Source: an uncultured Thermoanaerobaculia bacterium
GTDB lineage: Bacteria; Acidobacteriota; Thermoanaerobaculia; Thermoanaerobaculales; Sulfomarinibacteraceae
Assembly: GCA_964420405.1 (NCBI GenBank)
Contig: CAYQTL010000003.1
Coordinates: 73,154 to 137,153 of the forward strand
Reading direction: 5' to 3'
Length of the DNA: 64,000 nucleotides
A program made the position numbers and the translations under genes. Under the pieces are notes generated by a model. That model was given only the letters and a program-made list of their open reading frames with translations. It made no database searches and had not been told where the DNA came from. Shown in pieces: positions 53,125-60,951 of the stretch; within the stretch, counting starts at the first letter, position 1; each line of letters begins with the position of its first letter.

Positions 53125-55563
53125 TCAACCCGCGGTGGCGTCGCTTTCCGAACCCTCCTCGAGTTCGAGGCGAAGCAGACCGCCTGGCGGGAGAAGGCCC
53201 TCTGCGCAGCGGGCATCTGGAGGAGTGGCGCCTAGGAGGGCTGCGACGGCTTCATCGGCGCTTGAGAACAGACACGCCCGGTAGTGTCCCGGGGCGAGCT
53301 GGGGGATCCTCGCCCGATCGCTCGTGGGGTTCAGCGTGGCGCCAACGTAACGCGCCCATCCAAGAAGCTCAATCATTGGCAGCGGGAGACCGTCGGCCCA
53401 CGCCAACCAGCCTCCTTGGGGTAGTCCAGTCCCCGCGTCCGTAGCTGGCGCCGCCCGTCGCACGTCTATCTCGAGGGTCCCCCCTGCGGCCGTGACCGGG
53501 AGGATGACGTCGGTCCCCTCGCCAAACTGCACCAAACGTACCGTGAGTGCATAGGGTGGAGGCGCCACAATAGCAAGGGCGCGGGTAGCGTGGCGCGGCA
53601 TTACGAGCCTGAACCTGCCGTTGGCATCGGTGACCGCAGACTCGGTGGCGGCCTGCGTCAGGTTGTCCCAATCGGTGGTCATCGTGACCCGTGCGCCGAC
53701 TACCGGCCGGCCCTCCCCGATCACAGTTCCGGTGACCTCACGCCGGTCAAGGAGCTTCAGCTCCACAGGGGCGGCCGCACCTCGTGTAGGGATTTCGACG
53801 TGGGTGTACTCCGACTGCCGGATTCCGTCGTCGAGGCCGCTGTGCGCGACGAGCCACACTGGACCGGGCGTAATGCCAACGAATTGAAAGCTCCCGTCGC
53901 CTTCGGACTGTCGGGACGTAAGCGGGACAAAATCGATGCCAAGCATGGTGACCATCGCCCCCTCAACCATCCGACCACCTTCATCGACTACCACGCCCCG
54001 AGCCCCACTGTCGGGAACGCGAAGCTCGACCTCGCTGCACTCACCTTCTCTTTCTTCAACCTCCACGTCGCGCAGGAGGGCGTCGAGGCCCGTTTCCGGG
54101 TCCCGCACTTGGACGGTCCATGACCCCGATCTGGGGAGCAGGCCAGCGAATCGCCCGTCCTCGTCAGCCTGAAGGTGCGCGCCAGGGCTGGCGCCGGCCC
54201 CGCCGAAGTGGACGAAGGCCTGCACAGGCAGGTCCCCGGAGAGCACCGTGCCGCACACCTCGACCGAAACGACCTCCAGCCGCACGAACGGCGAATCTGG
54301 CTGCACGTCGATCCCCACGGTCAGCATGACACCCTGGTCTGCCAGAAGGGTCACCTCGACCAGGCCAGGCGCCAGATTCGGAACCATCACCGTGCCGTCC
54401 AGCGGGACACTGAGGTCGAAGAGTACCGGTCGCTCGAGGGCGCCTCTGGGGGGATGGCCCTGGAGCCTCCAGGGCACACCCCCTGGCGCGGTGGGCGGGG
54501 CGATTTGCACCTCGAGTTCTACCGGTCTCTCCAGGACCACGAACTGGGTGATCTGGGTCTCGTCGCCCTCGTACACCGGCAGCGGCCCTATCCGGGTTGG
54601 CAGGAAGCCTGGCTGCTCCGCGGTCACGACGTAGCTGCCCGCACCGACGCCTTCAACGACGAAGTTGCCGCGATCGTCGGGACTCGTTGTTCGGCGCTGG
54701 GCCGCCCGTCGGGTCATCTCTTCCGCCGAGGGCGGCGCCGTTGCGGGTGATGGCGCGGGTTCAAGGGTGACAGCACACAACGAGGGCTCCGCCGGTCCCT
54801 CCGCCGTGCGTACCCGGCCGAGCACCGAGCCCCCCGGGACGAAGGTCACGGTTCCTATGTCTCGTGTCACACCGGACGTCAGCTCTTGCTGCAGCACAAG
54901 AACGGATGCGAAGCCCTGGGACCGCAGCCGGAGATCGAGAGTGGTGGCAGGGACACTACAGCGAAAGGCCAGGTCTTCCACCAGGCATCGGGTTTCCCCA
55001 CGCGGTTCCGTCTCCTCTACCACCTGTTCGAAGGTCTGGCCGTTTTCATCGCCAATCGCCTGACGTTTGACCACGGTCGCGCCACGAAATTCCACAAGGA
55101 TCTCCTGGGGAACGGGGGCTCGCGCCGGCGTCTCGATCCGCCCGGAGACCCCAGTCAGCGGCCAAGCGACCACCTCGGTCCGGCCGCTCTCGTCGCTTGC
55201 CATCACCGTCGTTGGCGCGGCCCACCACGATGGGTTGGTCAACGTCACTGTCCACAGGCTCCCGGTGGGAACCTCGACGGTGACCGAGCCGGGGATCGTC
55301 ACCTCGAGCGTCAGGTCCGCTTCTATTGCATCGCCGTGACCGCCCGCCCAGGACAGCACCAGGCTGGCCTGGGCGGGCTCAGTGTCCTCGGGCAGGCTCA
55401 GGCTCGTTGCCGCCGTCACGACGACCTCGACGCGACTGGCCTCGAATCCGTCGGCCCCAGCCGACATCCCCACCATCGCGAGCATCGCTGCAACCGCGGT
55501 GCTCCGCAGCCGACTCCGTCTCGTCCTCACCTTCCTGCGAACGGCAGCCATGAGCCCGCCCAT
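53125..55563 (-). CDS. Secreted 812-aa protein with multiple CarboxypepD_reg-like (Ig-like beta-sandwich) domains
   Basis: Signal-like RSTAVAAMLAMVGMSAGADG. At least four segments fit the regulatory-domain pattern (e.g. VTGTVIGEGRPVVGARVTMT..TDANGRFRLV; ARGVVVDEGGRMVEGAMVTM..GDGSFQFVGI). GC lower than neighbours. A start at 55551 is also possible. Confidence 0.8.
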   Translation of the reverse strand: MGGLMAAVRRKVRTRRSRLRSTAVAAMLAMVGMSAGADGFEASRVEVVVTAATSLSLPEDTEPAQASLVLSWAGGHGDAIEADLTLEVTIPGSVTVEVPTGSLWTVTLTNPSWWAAPTTVMASDESGRTEVVAWPLTGVSGRIETPARAPVPQEILVEFRGATVVKRQAIGDENGQTFEQVVEETEPRGETRCLVEDLAFRCSVPATTLDLRLRSQGFASVLVLQQELTSGVTRDIGTVTFVPGGSVLGRVRTAEGPAEPSLCAVTLEPAPSPATAPPSAEEMTRRAAQRRTTSPDDRGNFVVEGVGAGSYVVTAEQPGFLPTRIGPLPVYEGDETQITQFVVLERPVELEVQIAPPTAPGGVPWRLQGHPPRGALERPVLFDLSVPLDGTVMVPNLAPGLVEVTLLADQGVMLTVGIDVQPDSPFVRLEVVSVEVCGTVLSGDLPVQAFVHFGGAGASPGAHLQADEDGRFAGLLPRSGSWTVQVRDPETGLDALLRDVEVEEREGECSEVELRVPDSGARGVVVDEGGRMVEGAMVTMLGIDFVPLTSRQSEGDGSFQFVGITPGPVWLVAHSGLDDGIRQSEYTHVEIPTRGAAAPVELKLLDRREVTGTVIGEGRPVVGARVTMTTDWDNLTQAATESAVTDANGRFRLVMPRHATRALAIVAPPPYALTVRLVQFGEGTDVILPVTAAGGTLEIDVRRAAPATDAGTGLPQGGWLAWADGLPLPMIELLGWARYVGATLNPTSDRARIPQLAPGHYRACLFSSADEAVAALLGATPPDARCAEGLLPPGGLLRLELEEGSESDATAG

Positions 55564-55677
55564 GTCAGTCTTTCGCGGTCGGTAACGGAAGTACCCGGGT
55601 CGAAGCTGAGTCGGCTGGCTGCGGTTGAGGGAAGGCGGCGGCGCATCCAGCCTTATTGGTTGATCCCTCGATGATGA

Positions 55678-55962
55678 TCACCTCGCAGAACGACCCCCCA
55701 GAGTGCACATGGTGCCCATGGGGAAGATCTGGTCCTCGTCGCAATTGCATTTGCCCACGACTCCAGGCAAGGTCGTAATGCAGCGAGAACCGAACAGTGG
55801 TATGTACATACACTTATAGCAATCGTACGGCGGGCTCCAACAGGTATACGACCCTCCTTCGGCGTCAACCTGTCCTGTTCCCAGACACGCGGCTCCAAAA
55901 GCAAGCGTCAGGATCGTCACCTTCAGCGAAGTACGTAACCCAACAAAGGTCGTCGTTTTCAT
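55678..55962 (-). CDS. Cys-rich secreted mini-protein (94 aa), no recognised family
   Basis: AAAGGAGG 5 nt before ATG 55962. Signal MKTTTFVGLRTSLKVTILTLAFGAACLG. Remainder has Cys pattern C-x6-C-x2-C-x9-C-x10-C-x-C-x11-C. Directly upstream of, and co-oriented with, the 812-aa gene. Confidence 0.75.
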   Translation of the reverse strand: MKTTTFVGLRTSLKVTILTLAFGAACLGTGQVDAEGGSYTCWSPPYDCYKCMYIPLFGSRCITTLPGVVGKCNCDEDQIFPMGTMCTLGGRSAR

Positions 55963-55980
55963 CCGTGCCTCCTTTTCTGA

Positions 55981-56009
55981 ATTTTGGCGTTTCCCATTTT
56001 CGTGGTCAA
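55981..56009 (-). promoter_or_regulatory. Sigma70-like promoter for the Cys-rich gene (TTGACC-17 nt-CAAAAT)
   Basis: On the minus strand, TTGACC (56009-56004), a 17-nt spacer, then CAAAAT (55986-55981), about 18 nt before the ATG. A direct repeat CTAGAG-CG-CTAGAG (plus-strand reading) lies just upstream, at about 56029-56042. Confidence 0.4.
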
Positions 56010-56236
56010 CTGTTTTCTTGGCAACAGCTAGAGCGCTAGAGATAGTAAGTTCTTTTTCAGTCATCCTGCGGAGATTATTCCCAAGTCGGGATACACCTGC
56101 GTGAGCCGCGTGCTCGGGCCGTGTTGAGCGCCCGGACGGAGGCGTTCGACCGCGGCCGAGGCGCCTGGGGACTGGGGGCTCCCGCGATCGTGGGCGGACG
56201 AACACGGGAGCATTCAGCATTCCCTAAATGTTGCGG

Positions 56237-56422
56237 ATGCCTGGTCCGACGATTTGGCGATCTTGAAGTCTGCCTCCGCGCCGTGGTGACCCGCTCATCA
56301 AGCCGTCGAACTGCGTCGTGGCCTCGAAACGGTGGAGAGGAACCGGGACGAGCCCACGCTCGAGAGCCAACCCAGGAACCGTCCCCCGTCCCAGGGAATC
56401 GCCAAATCGTCGGGCCCGGCAC
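56237..56422. mobile_element. MITE-like element, right copy
   Basis: Collinear with 52635-52813 (same orientation). A few substitutions plus a 6-7 bp insertion (ccccgt) near the right end. Same inverted termini. Confidence 0.55.
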
Positions 56423-56453
56423 CGAAACCGAAACCCGAAACCCGGCACCGAAA

Positions 56454-56759
56454 ATGGCCATGTCAGGCAGAACGTCGGTCGGGCACTCCTCGCCCGGCGC
56501 CGGCTGCGGGTCAACGACCTCGGGGCCGGCCGGGATCCTCGCCGGCGCGGCGAGCGTGATCAGCAACGACACCGGCCCCGCCCACCTCGGCGCGGCGCTC
56601 GGCCGCCCGAGACTGACCCTCTTCGGCGACAAGGACCCGAACTGGCCCGCGGCGCGAGGGTCCCGGGCCGTGGCCCTCGGCGCTCTCGGAGCGCGGCCCT
56701 GCCTCGACGATGCCTGGGATGCCTGGCGCGGGCTCGCGACCCTTCCGATCCGTTCCTGA
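56454..56759 (+). pseudogene. 3-prime remnant of a GT9 (heptosyltransferase-like) glycosyltransferase
   Basis: ASVISNDTGPAHLGAALGRPRLTLFGDKDPNWP matches the conserved C-terminal GT9 block (..NDSGPMHLAAALG.P.V.LFG..). Only about 100 codons remain, and the upstream sequence is the MITE copy. Confidence 0.5.
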
Positions 56760-56813
56760 CAGCGGCAGCGGCAGGGACAGCGACAGGAGGCAGCGTCAGG
56801 GTCAGCCGCAGCG
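56760..56813. repeat. Repeat module M4
   Basis: cagcggcagcggcagggacagcgacaggaggcagcgtcagggtcagccgcagcg. Runs into the right 221-bp repeat. Confidence 0.8.
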
Positions 56814-57017
56814 TGCAGCCCCCGGGCGACCTCGGTCTCCCCTCTCTCGCGTCCTCTCCCCCGTCCGCACCGATGCGGCGGCAGGAGCAGCGGCAGCGAC
56901 GACACCGGATCCCGAATCCCGCCGCCCGCCACCTGCCGCCCGGATCCCAAGCTCCGGGCGGCGGGTGGCCGGAATCGGGAGCCGGGCTTCGGGTTCCGGC
57001 GGTCGCGGCCCGGCTGC
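56797..57017. repeat. 221-bp perfect direct repeat, right copy
   Basis: Identical to 52401-52621. Hairpin at 56929-56968. Confidence 0.95.
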
Positions 57018-57109
57018 GGCGCGCTGCGCCGGATGTGGACGCCTCATGCCGGCTCGACGACGGGACAGGGATCGGGAGACGCAGCCGCGGTCCGCGACCG
57101 CCCGGCCCC

Positions 57110-57520
57110 TCACTCCCCGACCCGGCCCTCCCCGGCCAGCTCCGCCTCGGCCTCGATCTCGACCCGCCAGGCGGGGTCGAGCAGCCCCCGGACGACGACC
57201 ATCGTCGCCGCCGGCCGGACCTCCCGGAACACCTCGCCGTGGGCGCGCCCGACCGCCTCCCAGTCGGCGGCGTCCACGAGGAACATGCGCGTGCGCACGA
57301 CGTCGGCGGCCGACCCGCCGAGCGCCTCGACGGCCTCCACGATGATCTCGAAGCAGCGCCGCGCCTGGGCGAAGGCGTCGCCGTCGACGGTGCGGCCGTC
57401 GCGACCGATCGGCGCGGTCCCCGCCACCACGATCCGCGAGCCGCGCCGCACCGCCCGCGAGAACCCGATCTCGGCCTCGTACGGCGACGCGGACCCCACG
57501 CGCCGGATGTCGTCGCTCAT
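57110..57520 (-). CDS. RidA/YjgF family protein
   Basis: SPYEAEIGFSRAVRRGSRIVVAGT.. and C-terminal WRVEIEAEA are typical of the family. GGAGGTG SD before ATG 57520. Confidence 0.8.
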   Translation of the reverse strand: MSDDIRRVGSASPYEAEIGFSRAVRRGSRIVVAGTAPIGRDGRTVDGDAFAQARRCFEIIVEAVEALGGSAADVVRTRMFLVDAADWEAVGRAHGEVFREVRPAATMVVVRGLLDPAWRVEIEAEAELAGEGRVGE

Positions 57521-57626
57521 CGCCCACCTCCGGACCCGATGGTGCGCCGTCCGCCCCGCCCTGTCCACGGTCGCTGCACCGTCGCGCCCGGCGGACGCAC
57601 TCCACAGCGACAGCCACGTCCCTCCA

Positions 57627-57675
57627 GCGACCGCGGTCGCCCCCCCTCCCCCGTCCGCGTCCGTGCCCGCGTCCG
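57627..57675. repeat. Repeat module M3
   Basis: gcgaccgcggtcgccccccctcccccgtccgcgtccgtgcccgcgtccg, near-identical to 4041-4089. Confidence 0.85.
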
Positions 57676-57684
57676 CGCCCGGTG

Positions 57685-57742
57685 CAGCGGCAGCGACAGG
57701 GCCAGCGGCAGATGGCAGGGACAGCGTCAGCGACGGTCAGCC
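57685..57742. repeat. Repeat module M4
   Basis: cagcggcagcgacagggccagcggcagatggcagggacagcgtcagcgacggtcagcc. Confidence 0.8.
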
Positions 57743-57872
57743 ACCCGCTCGCCGCGGGCGGACCTCCGCACCCATCGGGAGCGGATCGGGTTCGGAACGG
57801 AGGCGTCCGACGGAAGATCGCCCCCGGGAGGTGTCACGTCCCGGGGGCGACGGAGGCCGTCGCGGGCCGCTT

Positions 57873-59111
57873 TCAGCGCCCGAGGTCGATCCGGCGGATC
57901 TCCTTCCACGGCACGTAGGTCTCGCCGCCGTCGCCGAGCACGACGACGCCGGCGTTGCGGTCGGTCACGTCCTGTCCGTCCTCGAGCCGCAGCTCCTCTG
58001 CGGAGGTCAGCCTGACCACGGCGCCGCCGCGGCGGTCGGGCTCGATCGACGCCACCATCGCGAACGGGATCGCGTACTCGATCCCGTCGGCGCCGCCGTG
58101 CAGCATCTCCCAGCCCTCCGCCTCGTCGAGGTCGTAGACCAGCCGGCCCGAGTGGGTCGCGCCGTCGACCGTCGTCACCCGCCCCTCGATCGGACCGCCG
58201 CCGTCGAAGGCGTCGTACCCCCGGCCGGAGCCCGATGCCGGGCGCAGCTCGACACGACGGAAGCCGCCCCAGTCGAGCTCGACGCGGCCGAAGCGTGGAT
58301 CCTCCACGAAGATCCCCCGGATGGAGGAGTCCACGTCGTTGGTGCCGTCGAGGACCAGCTCGCGGCCGTCGGCGAGGGTCACCTTCGCGCTCGAGCGGCT
58401 GTGGCGCTCGATCACCGCGATCCGGCCCATCGGGATCGACATCCGGCCGTCCTCCGAGTCGCCGTCGAGCTCGTCGCTGGAGAGGCACTCCTGCGAGTCC
58501 CACATGACGAAGCCGTCGAAGGTGCCGTCGTCGCCGACCACCGTTCCCTCGAGCCTCCGGGCGGGTGCGGGGGTCCCCGCGGGTGCCGCCGAGAAACGGA
58601 TGCGCTCGATCTTGCCCCACGGCACCTCGATGGCGCCGAGGGTGGCGTCGGCGACGTGGATCGTCGCGGTGACGTCGTTGGCGTAGCCCTCGACCCGGTA
58701 GGTCGAACCGGTCTTCATCCGGACCTCGGCCTCGCCGTCGCCCGGCACCGCGATCTCGGCGATGTCGCCGAACCGCGCGGCGAAGATGCGCCCGCCGGCG
58801 CCGTCCTCCCACGACACCCGGAACCGCTTGCCGAAGAGGTCCCACCAGCGCTCCTGGCGGCCGCCGTCGCCAGCCGCCTCGTCCTCGTACCGCTCGAGGT
58901 ACTCCAGCCCCTGCTTGGCGGAGTGGAACACGTCGTCCCAGAACGCCTCCTCGTCGTCCCAGCGCAGCACTCCGGTGTACTCGCCGCCGCTGCGGGTGGT
59001 CACGGTGCCGTGGATGAAGCCCGCGGCGTCATCCGCCGCAGCCGGTGCCGCCGCGACGGCGAGCAGGCCGGCGACGATCGCGATCGGAATCCGTCTCGTG
59101 ATGGTGGTCAT
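57873..59111 (-). CDS. Secreted protein with three internal repeats, unknown function (ECF operon member)
   Basis: Signal MTTITRRIPIAIVAGLLAVAAAPAAA. The repeat G-x-V-x-T..G..-[YF]-x-G-x-[LV]-x-[WY]-D..E occurs three times (GFIHGTVTTRSGGEYTGVLRWDDEE; LEGTVVGDDGTFDGFVMWDSQE; IEGRVTTVDGATHSGRLVYDLDE). GGAGGA SD. Confidence 0.75.
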   Translation of the reverse strand: MTTITRRIPIAIVAGLLAVAAAPAAADDAAGFIHGTVTTRSGGEYTGVLRWDDEEAFWDDVFHSAKQGLEYLERYEDEAAGDGGRQERWWDLFGKRFRVSWEDGAGGRIFAARFGDIAEIAVPGDGEAEVRMKTGSTYRVEGYANDVTATIHVADATLGAIEVPWGKIERIRFSAAPAGTPAPARRLEGTVVGDDGTFDGFVMWDSQECLSSDELDGDSEDGRMSIPMGRIAVIERHSRSSAKVTLADGRELVLDGTNDVDSSIRGIFVEDPRFGRVELDWGGFRRVELRPASGSGRGYDAFDGGGPIEGRVTTVDGATHSGRLVYDLDEAEGWEMLHGGADGIEYAIPFAMVASIEPDRRGGAVVRLTSAEELRLEDGQDVTDRNAGVVVLGDGGETYVPWKEIRRIDLGR

Positions 59112-59128
59112 CGTGGTCCTCCGTTCCC

Positions 59129-59755
59129 TCAGTCCCAGGTCCGCGTGCCGCCGGCAGGGTCGTCCGCCCGGGCGCGCCGGAGCGCCGGGCCGTCGTCGAC
59201 CAGCGGCAGCGGGCCCTCGGCACTCCCCTCGAGGCTCGGACGATGCACGGCCTGGAGGATCTGGTACATCTGCCGGTGGAAGCTCCGGTCGGCCCGGAGC
59301 AGCTCGGTGGTGATCTCCAGGAAGCGGCGCTCGGTCATCCGGTCGGGCTCGCTGGCCAGCGCCACCGACACCACGTCGCTCCCGGCAAGGTCGAGCGGGC
59401 CGCCCGGGCGCTGGGCCGACGGCGCCAGCAGCCAGGTCGCGACGGCGACCAGCACCACCGCGGCGGCCTGCAGGGCCCATCGCCAGACGGGCGGCCGCGG
59501 TCGGGACGCGGCCGCCTTCCCACGGTCCGGCAGGGTGGCGGCGGCGGCGATCCGGCTCCACAGCTCGGACGGAGGAGCACCCTCCGCGTCGCCGCCGCGG
59601 AGCTCTCCGAGCGCCACGTCGAGCCGCCGGCCGGCACGGTAGAACCGCTGCAGCGCCGGCGATTCGAGCAGCTGGTCGACGACCGCCAGCGTCTCCTCCC
59701 GGCCGAGCTCGCCGTCGAGCAGGGCCGAGACCTGGATCTCGGGGATGTGGGTCAT
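59129..59755 (-). CDS. Membrane-spanning anti-sigma factor
   Basis: N-terminal anti-sigma-like helix (IQVSALLDGELGREE), central TM WRWALQAAAVVLVAVATWLL. ATGA overlap with the sigma-factor stop. Confidence 0.75.
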   Translation of the reverse strand: MTHIPEIQVSALLDGELGREETLAVVDQLLESPALQRFYRAGRRLDVALGELRGGDAEGAPPSELWSRIAAAATLPDRGKAAASRPRPPVWRWALQAAAVVLVAVATWLLAPSAQRPGGPLDLAGSDVVSVALASEPDRMTERRFLEITTELLRADRSFHRQMYQILQAVHRPSLEGSAEGPLPLVDDGPALRRARADDPAGGTRTWD

Positions 59756-60276
59756 GGGCGCGCCTCCGCTGCGAGCGCGTCGATCACCCGCCGACGCGCC
59801 CGGTAGACGTTGATCTTCACCTTCGACAGCGACCAGCCGGTACGCGACGCCACGTCGCGGTACGCCATCCGGTCGAGCACCGCGAGCTCGAACGCCTGAC
59901 GGTGCTCCACCGACAATGTCTCGAGCACGTCGCCGAGCCGCTCGACCAGCGCCCGCAGACGCGCGCGCCCGTCGGCCGCCTCGCCGTCGGCCGCCTCCTC
60001 GGGCATCTCGGCGGCCACCAACGGCGACACCGCCGACCGACGGTAGTGGTTGCGCACCAGGTTGTGGGCGACGGTGAACAGGTAGCTCCGCACCGACTCG
60101 ATGCCGTCGCCGTCGGAGCGCGTCCGGATCGCGCGCACGAAGGTCTCCTGGAGCAGCTCCTCGGCGTCCTCCACCGACCCGAGCCGGCTTCGCAGGAACG
60201 CCATGACCTCCGCGCCGTGGGTCCGATAGGCCTCGTGCCAGAACGCGGTCCCGTCAGTCATGGCGATGCTCATCAC
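59752..60276 (-). CDS. ECF-type RNA polymerase sigma factor
   Basis: Region 2 (EDAEELLQETFVRA..YLFTVAHNLVRNHYRR) and region 4 (AFELAVLDRMAYRDVASRTGWSLSKVKINVYRARRR). Exact start (GTG 60276 / ATG 60273 / ATG 60261) unresolved. Confidence 0.88.
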   Translation of the reverse strand: MMSIAMTDGTAFWHEAYRTHGAEVMAFLRSRLGSVEDAEELLQETFVRAIRTRSDGDGIESVRSYLFTVAHNLVRNHYRRSAVSPLVAAEMPEEAADGEAADGRARLRALVERLGDVLETLSVEHRQAFELAVLDRMAYRDVASRTGWSLSKVKINVYRARRRVIDALAAEARP

Positions 60277-60283
60277 CCTCTAG

Positions 60284-60308
60284 GACACTCGAGGTCCCGT
60301 TCGGTTAC
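60284..60308 (-). promoter_or_regulatory. Possible ECF-type autoregulated promoter (GTAACC-N16-GTC)
   Basis: Minus strand: GTAACC (60308-60303), 16 nt, GTC (60286-60284), ending 7 nt before the sigma ORF. Resembles the AAC..N16-17..GTC/CGT ECF pattern. Weak evidence. Confidence 0.3.
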
Positions 60309-60348
60309 AGCCGGCGAAGCTCCACGGGATCCGGGGCGAGTGACGGGG

Positions 60349-60951
60349 TCATCGGTCCGCCGAGAGGGTGAACGGGATCACGGCGTCGCTCTCCTCGAGC
60401 CCGATCTCGAGGCGCCAGCGGCCCGGCTGGACGCCGCCGGGCACCTCGAAGACCAGCGGGCCGGAGCAGGTACGGAACGGGCTCACGGCGACCCGGTCGT
60501 GGGCGAAGCCCTCGAACGGTCCGGCCAGGAACCAGCGGTCGCACGGCAGCTGGTCGGGCTCGGGCCAGGACGGCTCGGGCAGCTGGCCGATGGCGCGCTC
60601 GATCTGGAGCCGGTGGCGGCCGTAGCCTTCCCGGTAGGTCTCCTGGTCGACAAGGGGCAGTCGTCGGCCGTCGGGAGTGCTCACCGAGATCGCCGAGCGC
60701 TCCACCGCGACCACGCCGCCGGCGCTCGCGAGCTCGGCGGCGAGCACCAGCCACTCGTCGCCGAGCCCGCGCCGGGCGGCGACGGTCCCGACCATCACCA
60801 CCAGGTCGGGCCCGACGTACTCGACCGCCGAGCCGCCGAGCTGCCGGACTCCGTCGGGTCCGAGGACGGGCTGCCGGGCGCTGCCGCAGGCCGCCGCCGC
60901 CAGCAGCAGGGCTGCGGCCGCCGTGGACACGGTTGCCTTCCACCATCCCAT
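60349..60951 (-). CDS. Hypothetical lipoprotein
   Basis: MGWWKATVSTAAAALLLAAAACG signal with lipobox-like AAAC. ATG 6 nt after TAGCAT (60963-60958, minus). No recognised domain. Confidence 0.65.
   Translation of the reverse strand: MGWWKATVSTAAAALLLAAAACGSARQPVLGPDGVRQLGGSAVEYVGPDLVVMVGTVAARRGLGDEWLVLAAELASAGGVVAVERSAISVSTPDGRRLPLVDQETYREGYGRHRLQIERAIGQLPEPSWPEPDQLPCDRWFLAGPFEGFAHDRVAVSPFRTCSGPLVFEVPGGVQPGRWRLEIGLEESDAVIPFTLSADR

Noticed and set aside
55678-56220. Longer 180-aa version of the Cys-rich ORF (or a start at ATG 56064)
   Set aside because: The upstream extension is Arg/Pro-rich or lacks any SD, and it would bury the hydrophobic signal internally. ATG 55962 has a perfect AAAGGAGG at ideal spacing and a promoter-like pair just upstream.
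56121-56759. Full 212-aa plus-strand ORF spanning the right MITE copy
   Set aside because: The N-terminal two-thirds translate the MITE-like repeat and a low-complexity linker. The same repeat at 52635-52813 is translated in the track as unrelated ORFs. Only the last ~100 codons show protein-like (GT9) similarity.
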